In this document: positions 1 through 8,210 of the stretch, piece by piece
Numbering within the stretch: position 1 is the first letter of the stretch
Layout: the number at the start of each line of letters is the position of its first letter
DNA from: Longimicrobiales bacterium
GTDB taxonomy: Bacteria; Gemmatimonadota; Gemmatimonadetes; Longimicrobiales; Gaopeijiaceae
Reading direction: 5' to 3'
NCBI GenBank assembly: GCA_965219445.1
Contig: CBDCNQ010000005.1
Coordinates: forward strand, 64,001 to 128,000
DNA length: 64,000 nucleotides
Notes under the pieces: generated by a model
Database searches by the model: none
What the model saw: only the letters and a program-made list of their open reading frames with translations
Told to the model about the DNA's origin: nothing
Position numbers and translations under genes: made by a program

Positions 1-480
1 CGGGAAACAGCAGCAAAGCCGTAGCGGAGCGCGGGCCTCCCTGGGGGATTGAAGGGGCGGAGTCCCTCGCCAGCCCCTGCCGGGGACCCGCGAAGCGTGG
101 CCCCAAAGGGTAGGCTGGCTCTTGCACCGTAAGGTGCTCCGAGCCAGCCCGGCGGACGCCGCCGAAGCAGCGGGGGAGGGCTTCGGCTGTGACCCGTCCA
201 GATAGGCCCGCCCAAGCTATCTGCCGCAGTAACGCGGCTGCGGACTGCCGCAGACCCGGAACACGGCACTCCGGTTCGAATATTCCCAGCATCGTTCGTG
301 CGCAGGCCGACGTCCGGTCGAGATCCGCACCCATTGCCGGAGCCTTCGGCGAAGGCCGACGGGGCGTTTGGCAAGCCGCTGGCGGCGGTGTCCAACAGCT
401 CGCGTACCGTACTGGCTATCTCTAGCCGTTACAAGCGATTGGGAGATTTCCCAATGGTTGACTTTCTTGCAAACGGCTCT
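1..480. other. Hairpin-dense non-coding leader (candidate plasmid/ICE origin region or structured RNA)
   Basis: Consecutive inverted repeats: GGGG-ACC-CGC-GAA-GCG-TGG-CCCC (82-104); GGCTGGCTC/GAGCCAGCC enclosing GCACC-GTAA-GGTGC (113-149); CGGCGG/CCGCCG (150-164); GCCGAAGC/GCTTCGGC (161-187); CAGATAG/CTATCTG (199-223); TTGCC..TCGGC-GAAG-GCCGA..GGCAA (~334-373); AGCCGTT..ATTGGGA-GATT-TCCCAAT..AACGGCT (424-478). No convincing ORF. Confidence 0.5.
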
Positions 481-494
481 TCACTGTTCCGGGC

Positions 495-1469
495 ATGGAG
501 ACGCGGAAGCAGCAGTTCAAGTCGGCGGTGAGCGATGCGATCGTTCACCTCCAGGGAAGCGAAGAGGCGCTCGCGCCATTCGGCTGGACGGGAGAAAAGG
601 CCGGGTGGATCGCGTTCGTCTGCCTCCACAGCGGCGCGTTCACCCGCGTCCAGTGCGCGCGATTCCTCGATGCACACCCGGAACAGGTGCGGCGCTTCGT
701 CCACGCGCTGATCGCGCAGGGCCTGGCCGCCGAGGACACCGTGCCCGGCATCCGGGGGATCGGCCGCGTGTGCCGCATCTTCTCCCGGCGGATCTACCGG
801 GCCATCGGAGCCGAGCACATCCGCCACCGCCGCGACGCCTCGCCCGCCGTACTCATGCGGCGCCTGCTCTCGCTCGACTACGTGATCGAGCATCCCGGCT
901 TGCCTTGGCTGGCCACCGAAGCCGAGAAAGTCGCCGCGTTCGAGGCCCTCGGCATCGAACGCGGGCTGCTGCCCGTCCGGGTGTACCGGGGAGCCGCCGG
1001 TGCGACTCGGCGCTACTTCCCGGTAAAGCTGCCCGTCGCGCTGGACGCCGAGAGCGCCGTCTTCGTCTACGCCGATCCCGGCCACGCGACCGCGACCGCG
1101 CTTCACTCCTGGGGTGCGGCGCACCGCGGGCTCTGGCACGTGCTTGGGAGACGAGGCCGATCCGTCGAGGTTGTCGCGGTCGGTCGCCCCTCGAGAGAGC
1201 TTGAGCGGGCACGGCGAGTCATGCGCCACTGGGCCGAGCCCTCCGGTCCAGCCGAACTCGACCCCCAGGTTCGCAAGGAGCTCGCCCGGATCGAGGAGGC
1301 CATTCTCGCGGGCGCGGTCCCGATCCTGGAGGAGTACGGCGGTCTCCAGGCCGCCATGAAGCGCAGCGTGGCGCTGGAGAAACAGGCCCGACGGCAGGCC
1401 GCCCGTGCCTCAATCCGCCGCGGCAGCACATGGCGGACCGCGCGCCTCGCCGGGGCTCGCTACCGATGA
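495..1469 (+). CDS. Uncharacterised mobile-element protein (winged-helix-like N-terminus; possible distant replication-relaxation-like protein)
   Basis: 324-aa ORF with natural composition (GWTG..WIAFVCLHSGAFTR; RRLLSLDYV; RRYFPVKLPV; FVYADPG). A paralog at 2205-2603 supports that it is coding. The family guess is weak. Confidence 0.75.
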   Translation: METRKQQFKSAVSDAIVHLQGSEEALAPFGWTGEKAGWIAFVCLHSGAFTRVQCARFLDAHPEQVRRFVHALIAQGLAAEDTVPGIRGIGRVCRIFSRRIYRAIGAEHIRHRRDASPAVLMRRLLSLDYVIEHPGLPWLATEAEKVAAFEALGIERGLLPVRVYRGAAGATRRYFPVKLPVALDAESAVFVYADPGHATATALHSWGAAHRGLWHVLGRRGRSVEVVAVGRPSRELERARRVMRHWAEPSGPAELDPQVRKELARIEEAILAGAVPILEEYGGLQAAMKRSVALEKQARRQAARASIRRGSTWRTARLAGARYR

Positions 1470-1639
1470 GCGGCGCGCGACTTACGGCCGCACTGGAGTG
1501 CGCAAACGACGCGGGGGTACGATTCACACTTCGGCGCCCCGGCGATTCACACGGAGCTTCCCGCCTATCCGCTGGCGCGGCAGCGTCTTGCGCTTCCGCG
1601 GACAGGCCGGCCAGCGCTGTACGGGCGGCACCGTCCGAG

Positions 1640-1757
1640 GCGGTAGCGACCCCCCAGTCCGAGGGCCTGGTACGGGTTCGGACGCAGGTGTGTTTTCACA
1701 CCCCTGCCCCCGTCCCTTGGGGTCGCTCCCGATCCATCAATCCCTACGCGGGAAGGC
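1640..1757 (+). other. Conserved structured non-coding element, copy A (RNA or ssDNA structure)
   Basis: Closing stem AGCGACCCC (1645-1653)/GGGGTCGCT (1719-1727); hairpin with TGGTAC loop (1668-1673); hairpin GCAG-GTGTG-TTTT-CACAC-CC-CTGC; then TCCATCAA and TCCC-TACGC-GGGA-AGGC. Confidence 0.6.
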
Positions 1758-1914
1758 GGTTTGAGCGCCGCTTCGAGGCGGCGGATCACCCGTTCGCCGA
1801 CCGGCCGGCCGTCTGGCAGCCGGGCATCACCGAGCAAGGCCGGGGTACCCCCGATGGTTCGGGCCACAGCCCAAGCCGCCAAGTCCGGGACGCGCCCATC
1901 CCAGGTGACCGATG

Positions 1915-2032
1915 GCCTTCCCGCACGGGATTGCTGGACCGGAGCGACCTCCCGACGGAGGGTGGATGGGCGTGCACATCCAACCCTCCCCGATGCCGTA
2001 CCAGGCATCGAAAGAGGGGGGTCGCTCCCGCC
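1915..2032 (-). other. Conserved structured non-coding element, copy B (inverted relative to copy A)
   Basis: On the minus strand: GGAGCGACC/GGTCGCTCC closing stem; CGATGCC-TGGTAC-GGCATCG hairpin (1991-2010); GAGGG-T-TGGATG..CATCCA-CCCTC hairpin; then TCCAGCAA and TCCC-GTGC-GGGA-AGGC. Confidence 0.6.
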
Positions 2033-2204
2033 ACGGCCGCACCCTCTGGAACGGCATCGCCGGTCCTGCGGCCGGGGTGCAACCGCAAAGCAGCCAGCGA
2101 CATGCGGAATCGGCGGCGTGCCCATCGGAATGGCGATGCCGTGCACAAGCACCCCGATGTCGATGTGCACGCGCGGCACGCCACCGACGCCCGCCGTCCG
2201 GGGG

Positions 2205-2603
2205 TCAAGATCCGCCCCCTGGAAGCCGGCTCGAACGCCATGTCGTGAACCCGTCGATCGCCGTTCCGAGCCGCGAGGACCGGAGCAGGTCCTTCAGCTC
2301 GACGATCCGCTCTAGGCAGCCCTGCAGCCCGCCATGCTTCTCGATCACCGCGTCGTCCATGCCGCGGATCGCCTGCTCGATCCGGTCGATCTCGCAGCGG
2401 GCCGCGCGGCCGGGTTCGGGGGTGGCGGGGCTGGAGGCAGCGGTATTGGCCCATCTCCCGAGGGTCGTCGGTGCCCGCTCGAGTTCCCCGGGGGTGCGGA
2501 AGACGGCCACGACCTCGACGGATCGGCCCCGCTCCCTGAGCGCATCCCAGAGCCGCCGGTGCGCATCGCCCCACGAGCGGAGCGCGGTGGCGGTCTCCTG
2601 ACC
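2205..2603 (-). pseudogene. 5'-truncated paralog of the 495-1469 protein
   Basis: The frame reads GQETATALRSWGDAHRRLWDALRERGRSVEVVAVFRTPGELERA..EIDRIEQAI..GGLQ..TWRSSRLPG, aligning with GHATATALHSWGAAHRGLWHVLGRRGRSVEVVAVGRPSRELERA..ELARIEEAI..GGLQ..TWRTARLAG. Homology stops near 2603. Confidence 0.85.
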
Positions 2604-2688
2604 GCCGCAAAGCCGTTCGCCGTGGTATCTTCCGAAGTTGCTGGATCACACCATAGACGGCGGTGCGTCCGACTCTAAGGAAGGCACG

Positions 2689-5424
2689 ATGACCGGACCA
2701 GACAGGAAGCTGATCGCTGCCGTGGAAGAGTACTTCGCCGATCTCCGCCGGGTGCGGGCTTCCGGCGGCGGGACCGGCGAGCGGTCCTACTATCCGGCGC
2801 TGGCAAACCTGCTCGGCGCGGTCGGGGACACGCTCAAGCCGAAGGTGTTCTGCGTTCTCGAGGGCGCTGATCAGGGTGCGGGCCATCCCGACTTCGCCCT
2901 CTACGCGGCGAAACAGGTACAGAAAGGCCAACCAAGAGAGGGGCAGGTTCCCGAGCGCGGCGTGGTCGAGGTGAAGGGTGTGGAGGACGATGCTTGGGTG
3001 ACCGCAGAGTCGGATCAAGTGAGCCGATATTGGGGCCGCTACCGCCTCGTGCTGGTAACGAACATGCGCAACTTCGTACTGCTGGGCGCGGACGGGTCGG
3101 GCGATCCGGCAAAGCTCGAAGCGTTCCGTCTCGCGGAGAACGCTGACGACTTCTGGCACGGGGTGGAGAAGCCTCGCGCCTTTGCCCGCGAAGTCGGCGC
3201 GAGCCTCAGCGAATATCTTTGCCGAGTTCTCTCGCACCGCGCCGCCCTGGCCGAACCGAAGGACTTGGCTTGGCTCCTCGCTTCATACGCCCGTGACGGC
3301 CTCGCACGTGTCGGGGCGGCGGAAGACGCGCCAGCACTCCGGACAGTGCGGTCAGCACTGGAAGAAGCGCTCGGGATTCGCTTCGAGGGCGAGCGCGGGC
3401 GACGCTTCTTCCATTCGACTCTGATCCAGACGTTGTTCTACGGAATCTTCTCTGCGTGGGTGCTGTGGTCGCGCCAGGCCAAGGGCAGCGATGGCCCGTT
3501 GTTCGAGGGCCGCTACAGGCCGGCGCGATTCAGCTGGCGCGAGGCGGTCTGGCACCTGCGCGCACCCGTGCTGCGAGCCTTGTTCCAACAGCTATCCGAC
3601 CCCGGCCGATTGAAACGTCTCGAGCTTGTCGAAGTGCTGGACTGGACAGCGGCGGCACTAGACCGTGTGGATCGGGCTGAGTTCTTCTCTCGGTTCAACG
3701 AGGGCGAGGCGGTGCCGTACTTCTACGAGCCGTTCCTCGAAGCCTTTGACCCCGCCCTGCGCAAGCAGTTAGGCGTCTGGTACACGCCAACCGAAGTGGT
3801 CCGCTACATGGTGGCCCGCGTGGACAGGGCGCTGAAGGACGATCTCTGCATTCCGGACGGGCTCGCGGCAGAGAATGTCTATGTGCTGGACCCGTGCTGC
3901 GGCACCGGGTCCTATCTCGCGGAGGTGCTCCGCCGCATTGCTCTCAATCTCGAAGAACAGGGCCTCGGTGCGCTCGCCGGCGTAGCGGTTAGGAAGGCGG
4001 CAACCGACCGCGTCTTCGGCTTCGAGATCATGCCCGCGCCGTTCGTCGTCGCGCATTTGCAGGTCGGCTTGACGATGCAGAATCTGGACGCGCCGCTGGC
4101 GGATGACGGCACCGAGCGCGCAGGCGTGTTCCTCACCAACGCGCTGACCGGATGGGAACCGCACATGAACAAGCCGCTGCCCTTCCCGGAGCTTGAAGAG
4201 GAACGCGACCGGGCAGATCGGGTGAAGCAGGAAACCCCGATTCTAGTGATCCTGGGCAACCCGCCCTACAACGGCTTCGCCGGCATGGCAGTGGACGAGG
4301 AGCGTGAGCTCTCGGAAGCCTATCGGACGACCAAGCAGGTGCGCCGGCCCGAAGGACAGGGCCTGAACGATCTCTACGTTCGCTTCTTCCGCATGGCGGA
4401 GCGGCGCATCGCGGAGAAGACCGGACAGGGAGTGGTTTGCTTCATCTCCAACTATTCGTGGCTCGACGGTTTGTCCTTCACCGGTATGCGGGAGCGCTAC
4501 CTGGACGCATTTGACGCAATCCGGATCGACTGCCTGAACGGCGACAAGTACAAGACAGGCAAGGTCGCACCGGACGGTTCGCCCGACCCGAGCATCTTTT
4601 CCACTGACGGAGATCCGGTTGGAATTCAGGTTGGCACCGCCATCGCGACGCTGGTGCGTAAAGTGGACCACGAGCCCGCCAAGACGGTTGCGTTCCGGCA
4701 TCTCTGGGGACAGGCCAAGCCAGCGGAGTTGGTTGCCACGGCCGAGGCGGAACCGGATGCTCTCTACTCGACGATCGAACCGGTGTTGCCGCTGGGCCTT
4801 CCCTTTGTGGAAACAGCGGTGAGTGCTGACTGGTTCGATTGGCCTGCACTCCCCGATCTGTTCCCGGTCTCGTTTCCCGGCGTCAAGACCAGCCGCGACG
4901 GATTTCTTGTGGACACCGATCTTGACCGGCTCCAAGCGCGTGTAGGCGACTACTTCGACGCCGCGTTGAGCCATGAGGACATCGCACGGCGTTATCCGAG
5001 GGTCATGAAGTCCACGGCGCGCTTCGATGCCCCCGCAGTGCGTGACGCGCTGCTGAGACGCGGCGGACCAGATGAATCTGGATTCATCCGCTTCGCGTAC
5101 CGACCATTCGACAACCGCTGGCTCTATTGGGAAAGCGACACGAAGCTGCTTGACGAGAAGAGGGCCGACTACCGGCCCCATGTGTTCGATGGGAACATGT
5201 GGCTGCTTACGCCACAAAAACAGCGCCGGGAATGGTCGCCTCCGCCGGTAGCCTCGAATATGGGCGACATCAATCACATGGATGGCAGCACCGCTTACAT
5301 TCCGGCATGGCTTCGCGATGACAGTATCGGAAGCGACGGCACGCAGCGCCGCCCGAACCTTTCGGGCAAGGCGCAACGCTACCTCGAACCTTCCTCCTCA
5401 TTTCGCTGCATCATGGTGGTGTAG
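2689..5424 (+). CDS. Single-chain restriction-modification enzyme (type IIG/ISP-like N6-adenine methyltransferase with N-terminal nuclease), 3'-truncated
   Basis: PD..EVK nuclease-like motif (HPDFALY..VVEVKG), YFYEPFL, GVWYTP, motif I DPCCGTG, motif IV GNPPY, specificity region GVKTSRD. RBS AGGAAGG before ATG 2689. The last ~11 codons come from an antisense cyclase fragment. Confidence 0.88.
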   Translation: MTGPDRKLIAAVEEYFADLRRVRASGGGTGERSYYPALANLLGAVGDTLKPKVFCVLEGADQGAGHPDFALYAAKQVQKGQPREGQVPERGVVEVKGVEDDAWVTAESDQVSRYWGRYRLVLVTNMRNFVLLGADGSGDPAKLEAFRLAENADDFWHGVEKPRAFAREVGASLSEYLCRVLSHRAALAEPKDLAWLLASYARDGLARVGAAEDAPALRTVRSALEEALGIRFEGERGRRFFHSTLIQTLFYGIFSAWVLWSRQAKGSDGPLFEGRYRPARFSWREAVWHLRAPVLRALFQQLSDPGRLKRLELVEVLDWTAAALDRVDRAEFFSRFNEGEAVPYFYEPFLEAFDPALRKQLGVWYTPTEVVRYMVARVDRALKDDLCIPDGLAAENVYVLDPCCGTGSYLAEVLRRIALNLEEQGLGALAGVAVRKAATDRVFGFEIMPAPFVVAHLQVGLTMQNLDAPLADDGTERAGVFLTNALTGWEPHMNKPLPFPELEEERDRADRVKQETPILVILGNPPYNGFAGMAVDEERELSEAYRTTKQVRRPEGQGLNDLYVRFFRMAERRIAEKTGQGVVCFISNYSWLDGLSFTGMRERYLDAFDAIRIDCLNGDKYKTGKVAPDGSPDPSIFSTDGDPVGIQVGTAIATLVRKVDHEPAKTVAFRHLWGQAKPAELVATAEAEPDALYSTIEPVLPLGLPFVETAVSADWFDWPALPDLFPVSFPGVKTSRDGFLVDTDLDRLQARVGDYFDAALSHEDIARRYPRVMKSTARFDAPAVRDALLRRGGPDESGFIRFAYRPFDNRWLYWESDTKLLDEKRADYRPHVFDGNMWLLTPQKQRREWSPPPVASNMGDINHMDGSTAYIPAWLRDDSIGSDGTQRRPNLSGKAQRYLEPSSSFRCIMVV

Positions 5425-5480
5425 CCCACCACGTCCGTGAACATCACTGCAGCGAGCTGGCCCGTTGATTTCTCGACCAT
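5389..5480 (-). pseudogene. N-terminal fragment of a class III adenylate/guanylate cyclase gene
   Basis: GAGGGA RBS then MVEKSTGQLAAVMFTDVVGYTTMMQRNEEEG, matching RHLAAIMFTDVAGYTALMQRDEETA of the cyclase starting at 10227. Not in the ORF track. Confidence 0.8.
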
Positions 5481-5670
5481 TTGATCCCTCGCACTCTGAT
5501 CCTAGGCGGAACATGCTGTGGCGGTCCTCCGCGAGCAAGCAGCGACCTAGGCAGCGCTCGCGGATGGAGGCCTCAATGCCCTCTTTCGGTGCTCGGATCC
5601 CGATCATCAGGTGCCGACAGCTCACACCGACATCCTTGCTCTTTGTATATGATGGTAGTATACTTTTTAT

Positions 5671-5985
5671 ATGCGTGATCCAAGGCATGCCCTGGACGAG
5701 TGCACGGGATTTGAGTGGGATGATGGGAACTCCGAAAAGAACTGGGTCACGCATGGCGTAGCCTGCGGTGAGGCTGAGGAGGTGTTCTTCAACGTTCCCC
5801 TGATTCTTGCCCCGGACAGGAAGCACTCCAAAGTCGAGGATCGGTACTATGGTCTGGGAGTAACGAACGTCGGGCGGGCGCTGTTTGTTGTATTCACGAT
5901 CAGAGCCGACCTGGTGCGAGTCGTCTCTGCCCGTGACATGAGCCGGAGAGAGAGGCGGATATATGAGCAAGCGAGAGAAGTCTAG
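5671..5985 (+). CDS. brnT: BrnT family toxin (type II TA ribonuclease)
   Basis: FEWDDGNSEKNWVTHGV..EAEEVF..EDRYYGLG..LFVVFTIR..RVVSAR..RERRIYE. Confidence 0.92.
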   Translation: MRDPRHALDECTGFEWDDGNSEKNWVTHGVACGEAEEVFFNVPLILAPDRKHSKVEDRYYGLGVTNVGRALFVVFTIRADLVRVVSARDMSRRERRIYEQAREV

Positions 5986-6265
5986 GAAGAGGATCCCGAA
6001 CTTCAAGTCAGAAGCTGAAGAGCGGGAGTTCTGGGTGGGGCAGGACTCCGCGGACTACTTAGACTGGAGCGAGGCGAAACCCATGGTTCTGGCGAATCTT
6101 CGTCCGTCTACCTCGACGATTTCGCTGCGCCTGCCGGATTTCATGCTCGAAGAGCTCAAGCTTCTGGCCCATCAGCGCGATGTCCCGTATCAGTCGCTGC
6201 TGAAGGTGTTCCTCGCTGAACGCCTCCAGACGGAGCGTCGTCGTCGGGATCCTGTAGCGGGCTGA
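5963..6265 (+). CDS. brnA: BrnA/CopG-type antitoxin
   Basis: IPNFKSEAEEREFW..DYLDW..TISLRLP..LKLLA..VPYQSLLKVFL; overlaps brnT. Confidence 0.88.
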   Translation: MSKREKSRKRIPNFKSEAEEREFWVGQDSADYLDWSEAKPMVLANLRPSTSTISLRLPDFMLEELKLLAHQRDVPYQSLLKVFLAERLQTERRRRDPVAG

Positions 6266-6369
6266 TTCCCTGGCTTTGGAGGATGACTACGACGAGCTCC
6301 GAGGAGCACGGGAGTTCCTATCGAACAGGTATACGTATCTTTACGTCGTGAGTATACGTACGGACGCTG

Positions 6370-6627
6370 ATGCTCATGGAGCGTGGACGAGTCTCTGTGG
6401 AGGGGGAGCCACAGGCTCTGGTCTCCCGCATGCTGAAGGCGGGCCCGTTCCACGAGGCGCCCCTTACGCATGCGGTGGCACAGGAGAGTCGACGGCTCGG
6501 CTTCGACAGTCCGGATCCGGCCGACCGCTTTCTCGGAGCCACTGCCGTCGTCTATGAACTGACGCTCGTCACGGCCGACGCCCGTCTGTTGAGCGCTACG
6601 GAGTACCGGACCCTACCCAACCGCTAG
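6370..6627 (+). pseudogene. PIN-domain (VapC-like) toxin remnant lacking its N-terminus
   Basis: DPADRFLGATAVVYELTLVTADARLL is a PIN C-terminal signature; the N-terminal LLDT motif and a cognate antitoxin are absent. Confidence 0.75.
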
Positions 6628-6693
6628 ACCGTCGCCCAAGGGGAATCCTTTCCCGGATTGGGACAGGTGCGTCTCGCGCCCCCTGAACGAGAG

Positions 6694-6726
6694 GACGGCC
6701 ACCTCCGCACGATGGGGGTGGCCGTC
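6694..6726. terminator. Stem-loop between convergent genes
   Basis: GACGGCCACCTCC-GCACGAT-GGGGGTGGCCGTC; no U-tract. Confidence 0.5.
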
Positions 6727-6727
6727 T

Positions 6728-8124
6728 CTATAGGGACAGACTTTTGGTCTGCGATGGCAGAATGTTCTGGTTCATGTGAAAAAGGTTCGTAGGATCGTAC
6801 TTCAACTTCAGTGCCCGGAGGCGCTGGTAGTTGGGACCGTACGCGGCAGCGACCGCACCCTCGACCTCGTCGTCATCCAGGTAGTTGACGTAACCACCGG
6901 TGGCAGTGAACGGCTCCATGCGCGTGTGGGCCTCCCGCGCCCAAGCGATCATCCGATCACTGTCGGCCGGATCCTCCCATTCGGCCAGGATCAGGAAGCT
7001 CAGCGCGTCGTCGCGGTGCGGAAACGCCGTTGCGTCGACCGAGCGCCGAGTCGCGGCTCCATGGACATGTTCGAGGACTACCCCCCCCCATGCATGCCCC
7101 CCGGGTAGTCAGCGAAGCACTCGACCATCGTATCGATGGCCTCGTCGCTGAACTCCGCGAGGAACCTCGACTTCCAATAATTCAGGGCCCCCAGCGGGTA
7201 GCCCATATCGAGCATCCCGTTGATCTGGTGATAAGGCATCGGGCCCATGACATCCATGACTGGGGACCCGAAGTCTTTTAGCGGCCGCAACGCCACTTCA
7301 CCGTCGCCCGGCGGCCCACAATGACACGCAGCCAAAGCCGCTACCTTGGTGCCTGATCCGTCCGGCGAAGGAGTCATAGCCACGTAAACCGTCAACTCGT
7401 CGGGCACCGCTCGGATGAGGTCACGGTAAAATCTCAGGAGGTCGTGAGCGTCGTCGAGAGTGTGGACGACCAGCCCACCCGTCATCACAGCCTCTACCGG
7501 ATGCAGCCGATACTCGAGCGATGTAGCGACGCCAAAGTTTCCGCCTCCGCCGCGTAGCCCCCAAAAGAGATCGGAACGCTCTTCTTCGCTCGCGCTGAGG
7601 AGGCGACCATCGGCAGCGACGAGGTCCACGGACAGCAGGTTATCGCTCACCAAACCATGCTTGCCCATCAGCCATCCGATGCCGCCGCCGAGCGTCAGGC
7701 CAGCGATACCTGTAGATGTGATGATGCCGCCCGTAGTGGCGAGGCCATGGAGCAGTGTCTCGCGATCGAATTCCCCCCATGTGACGCCACCCTGCGCTCG
7801 AACCGTTTTACCCTTCGGATCGACATGGATGCCCTTCATGACGGAAAGATCGATCATCAGGCCGTCGTCCACGACGGCACGGCCGGCCACGTTGTGGCCA
7901 CCGCCGCGAACCGACACTTGAAGGCCACGCTCCCGCGCTAGATTCACGGCATCGACCACATCGGCCGTGCCGGAGCAACGCGCGATCAGCGCGGGCCGTT
8001 TGTCGATGAGCCCGTTGTGGACTTTCCTCGCCTCCTCGTACCCTGAGTCGGTTGGTTGGAGAAGCTCCCCAGAGAATGCGTTGGCAAGCTCAGAAACGGT
8101 GTCGGAGAGTGGCGGGACGGCCAT
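6728..8124 (-). pseudogene. FAD-binding oxidoreductase (berberine-bridge/VAO family), frameshifted
   Basis: VRGGGHNVAG, TGIAGLTLGGG, LRGGGGNFG and C-terminal YVNY..KYDPTNLF. The frame switches at a G9 run (7081-7089) and continues VVLEHVHGAATRR. Confidence 0.88.
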
Positions 8125-8210
8125 GGAGTATTTCCTTGTCAGGGACGAAAGTGGGAAGAGAACTTAAGGTCGCCAATTCGGAGACACCACGTCTCCACCG
8201 GGCGAGACGC

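Noticed and set aside
1405..2315. Long overlapping ORFs (1430-2248, 1565-2179, 1761-2315, 1827-2057) as genes
   Set aside because: Low-complexity Pro/Arg/Gly translations. The frame that aligns best between the two copies has a stop and a frameshift in one copy.
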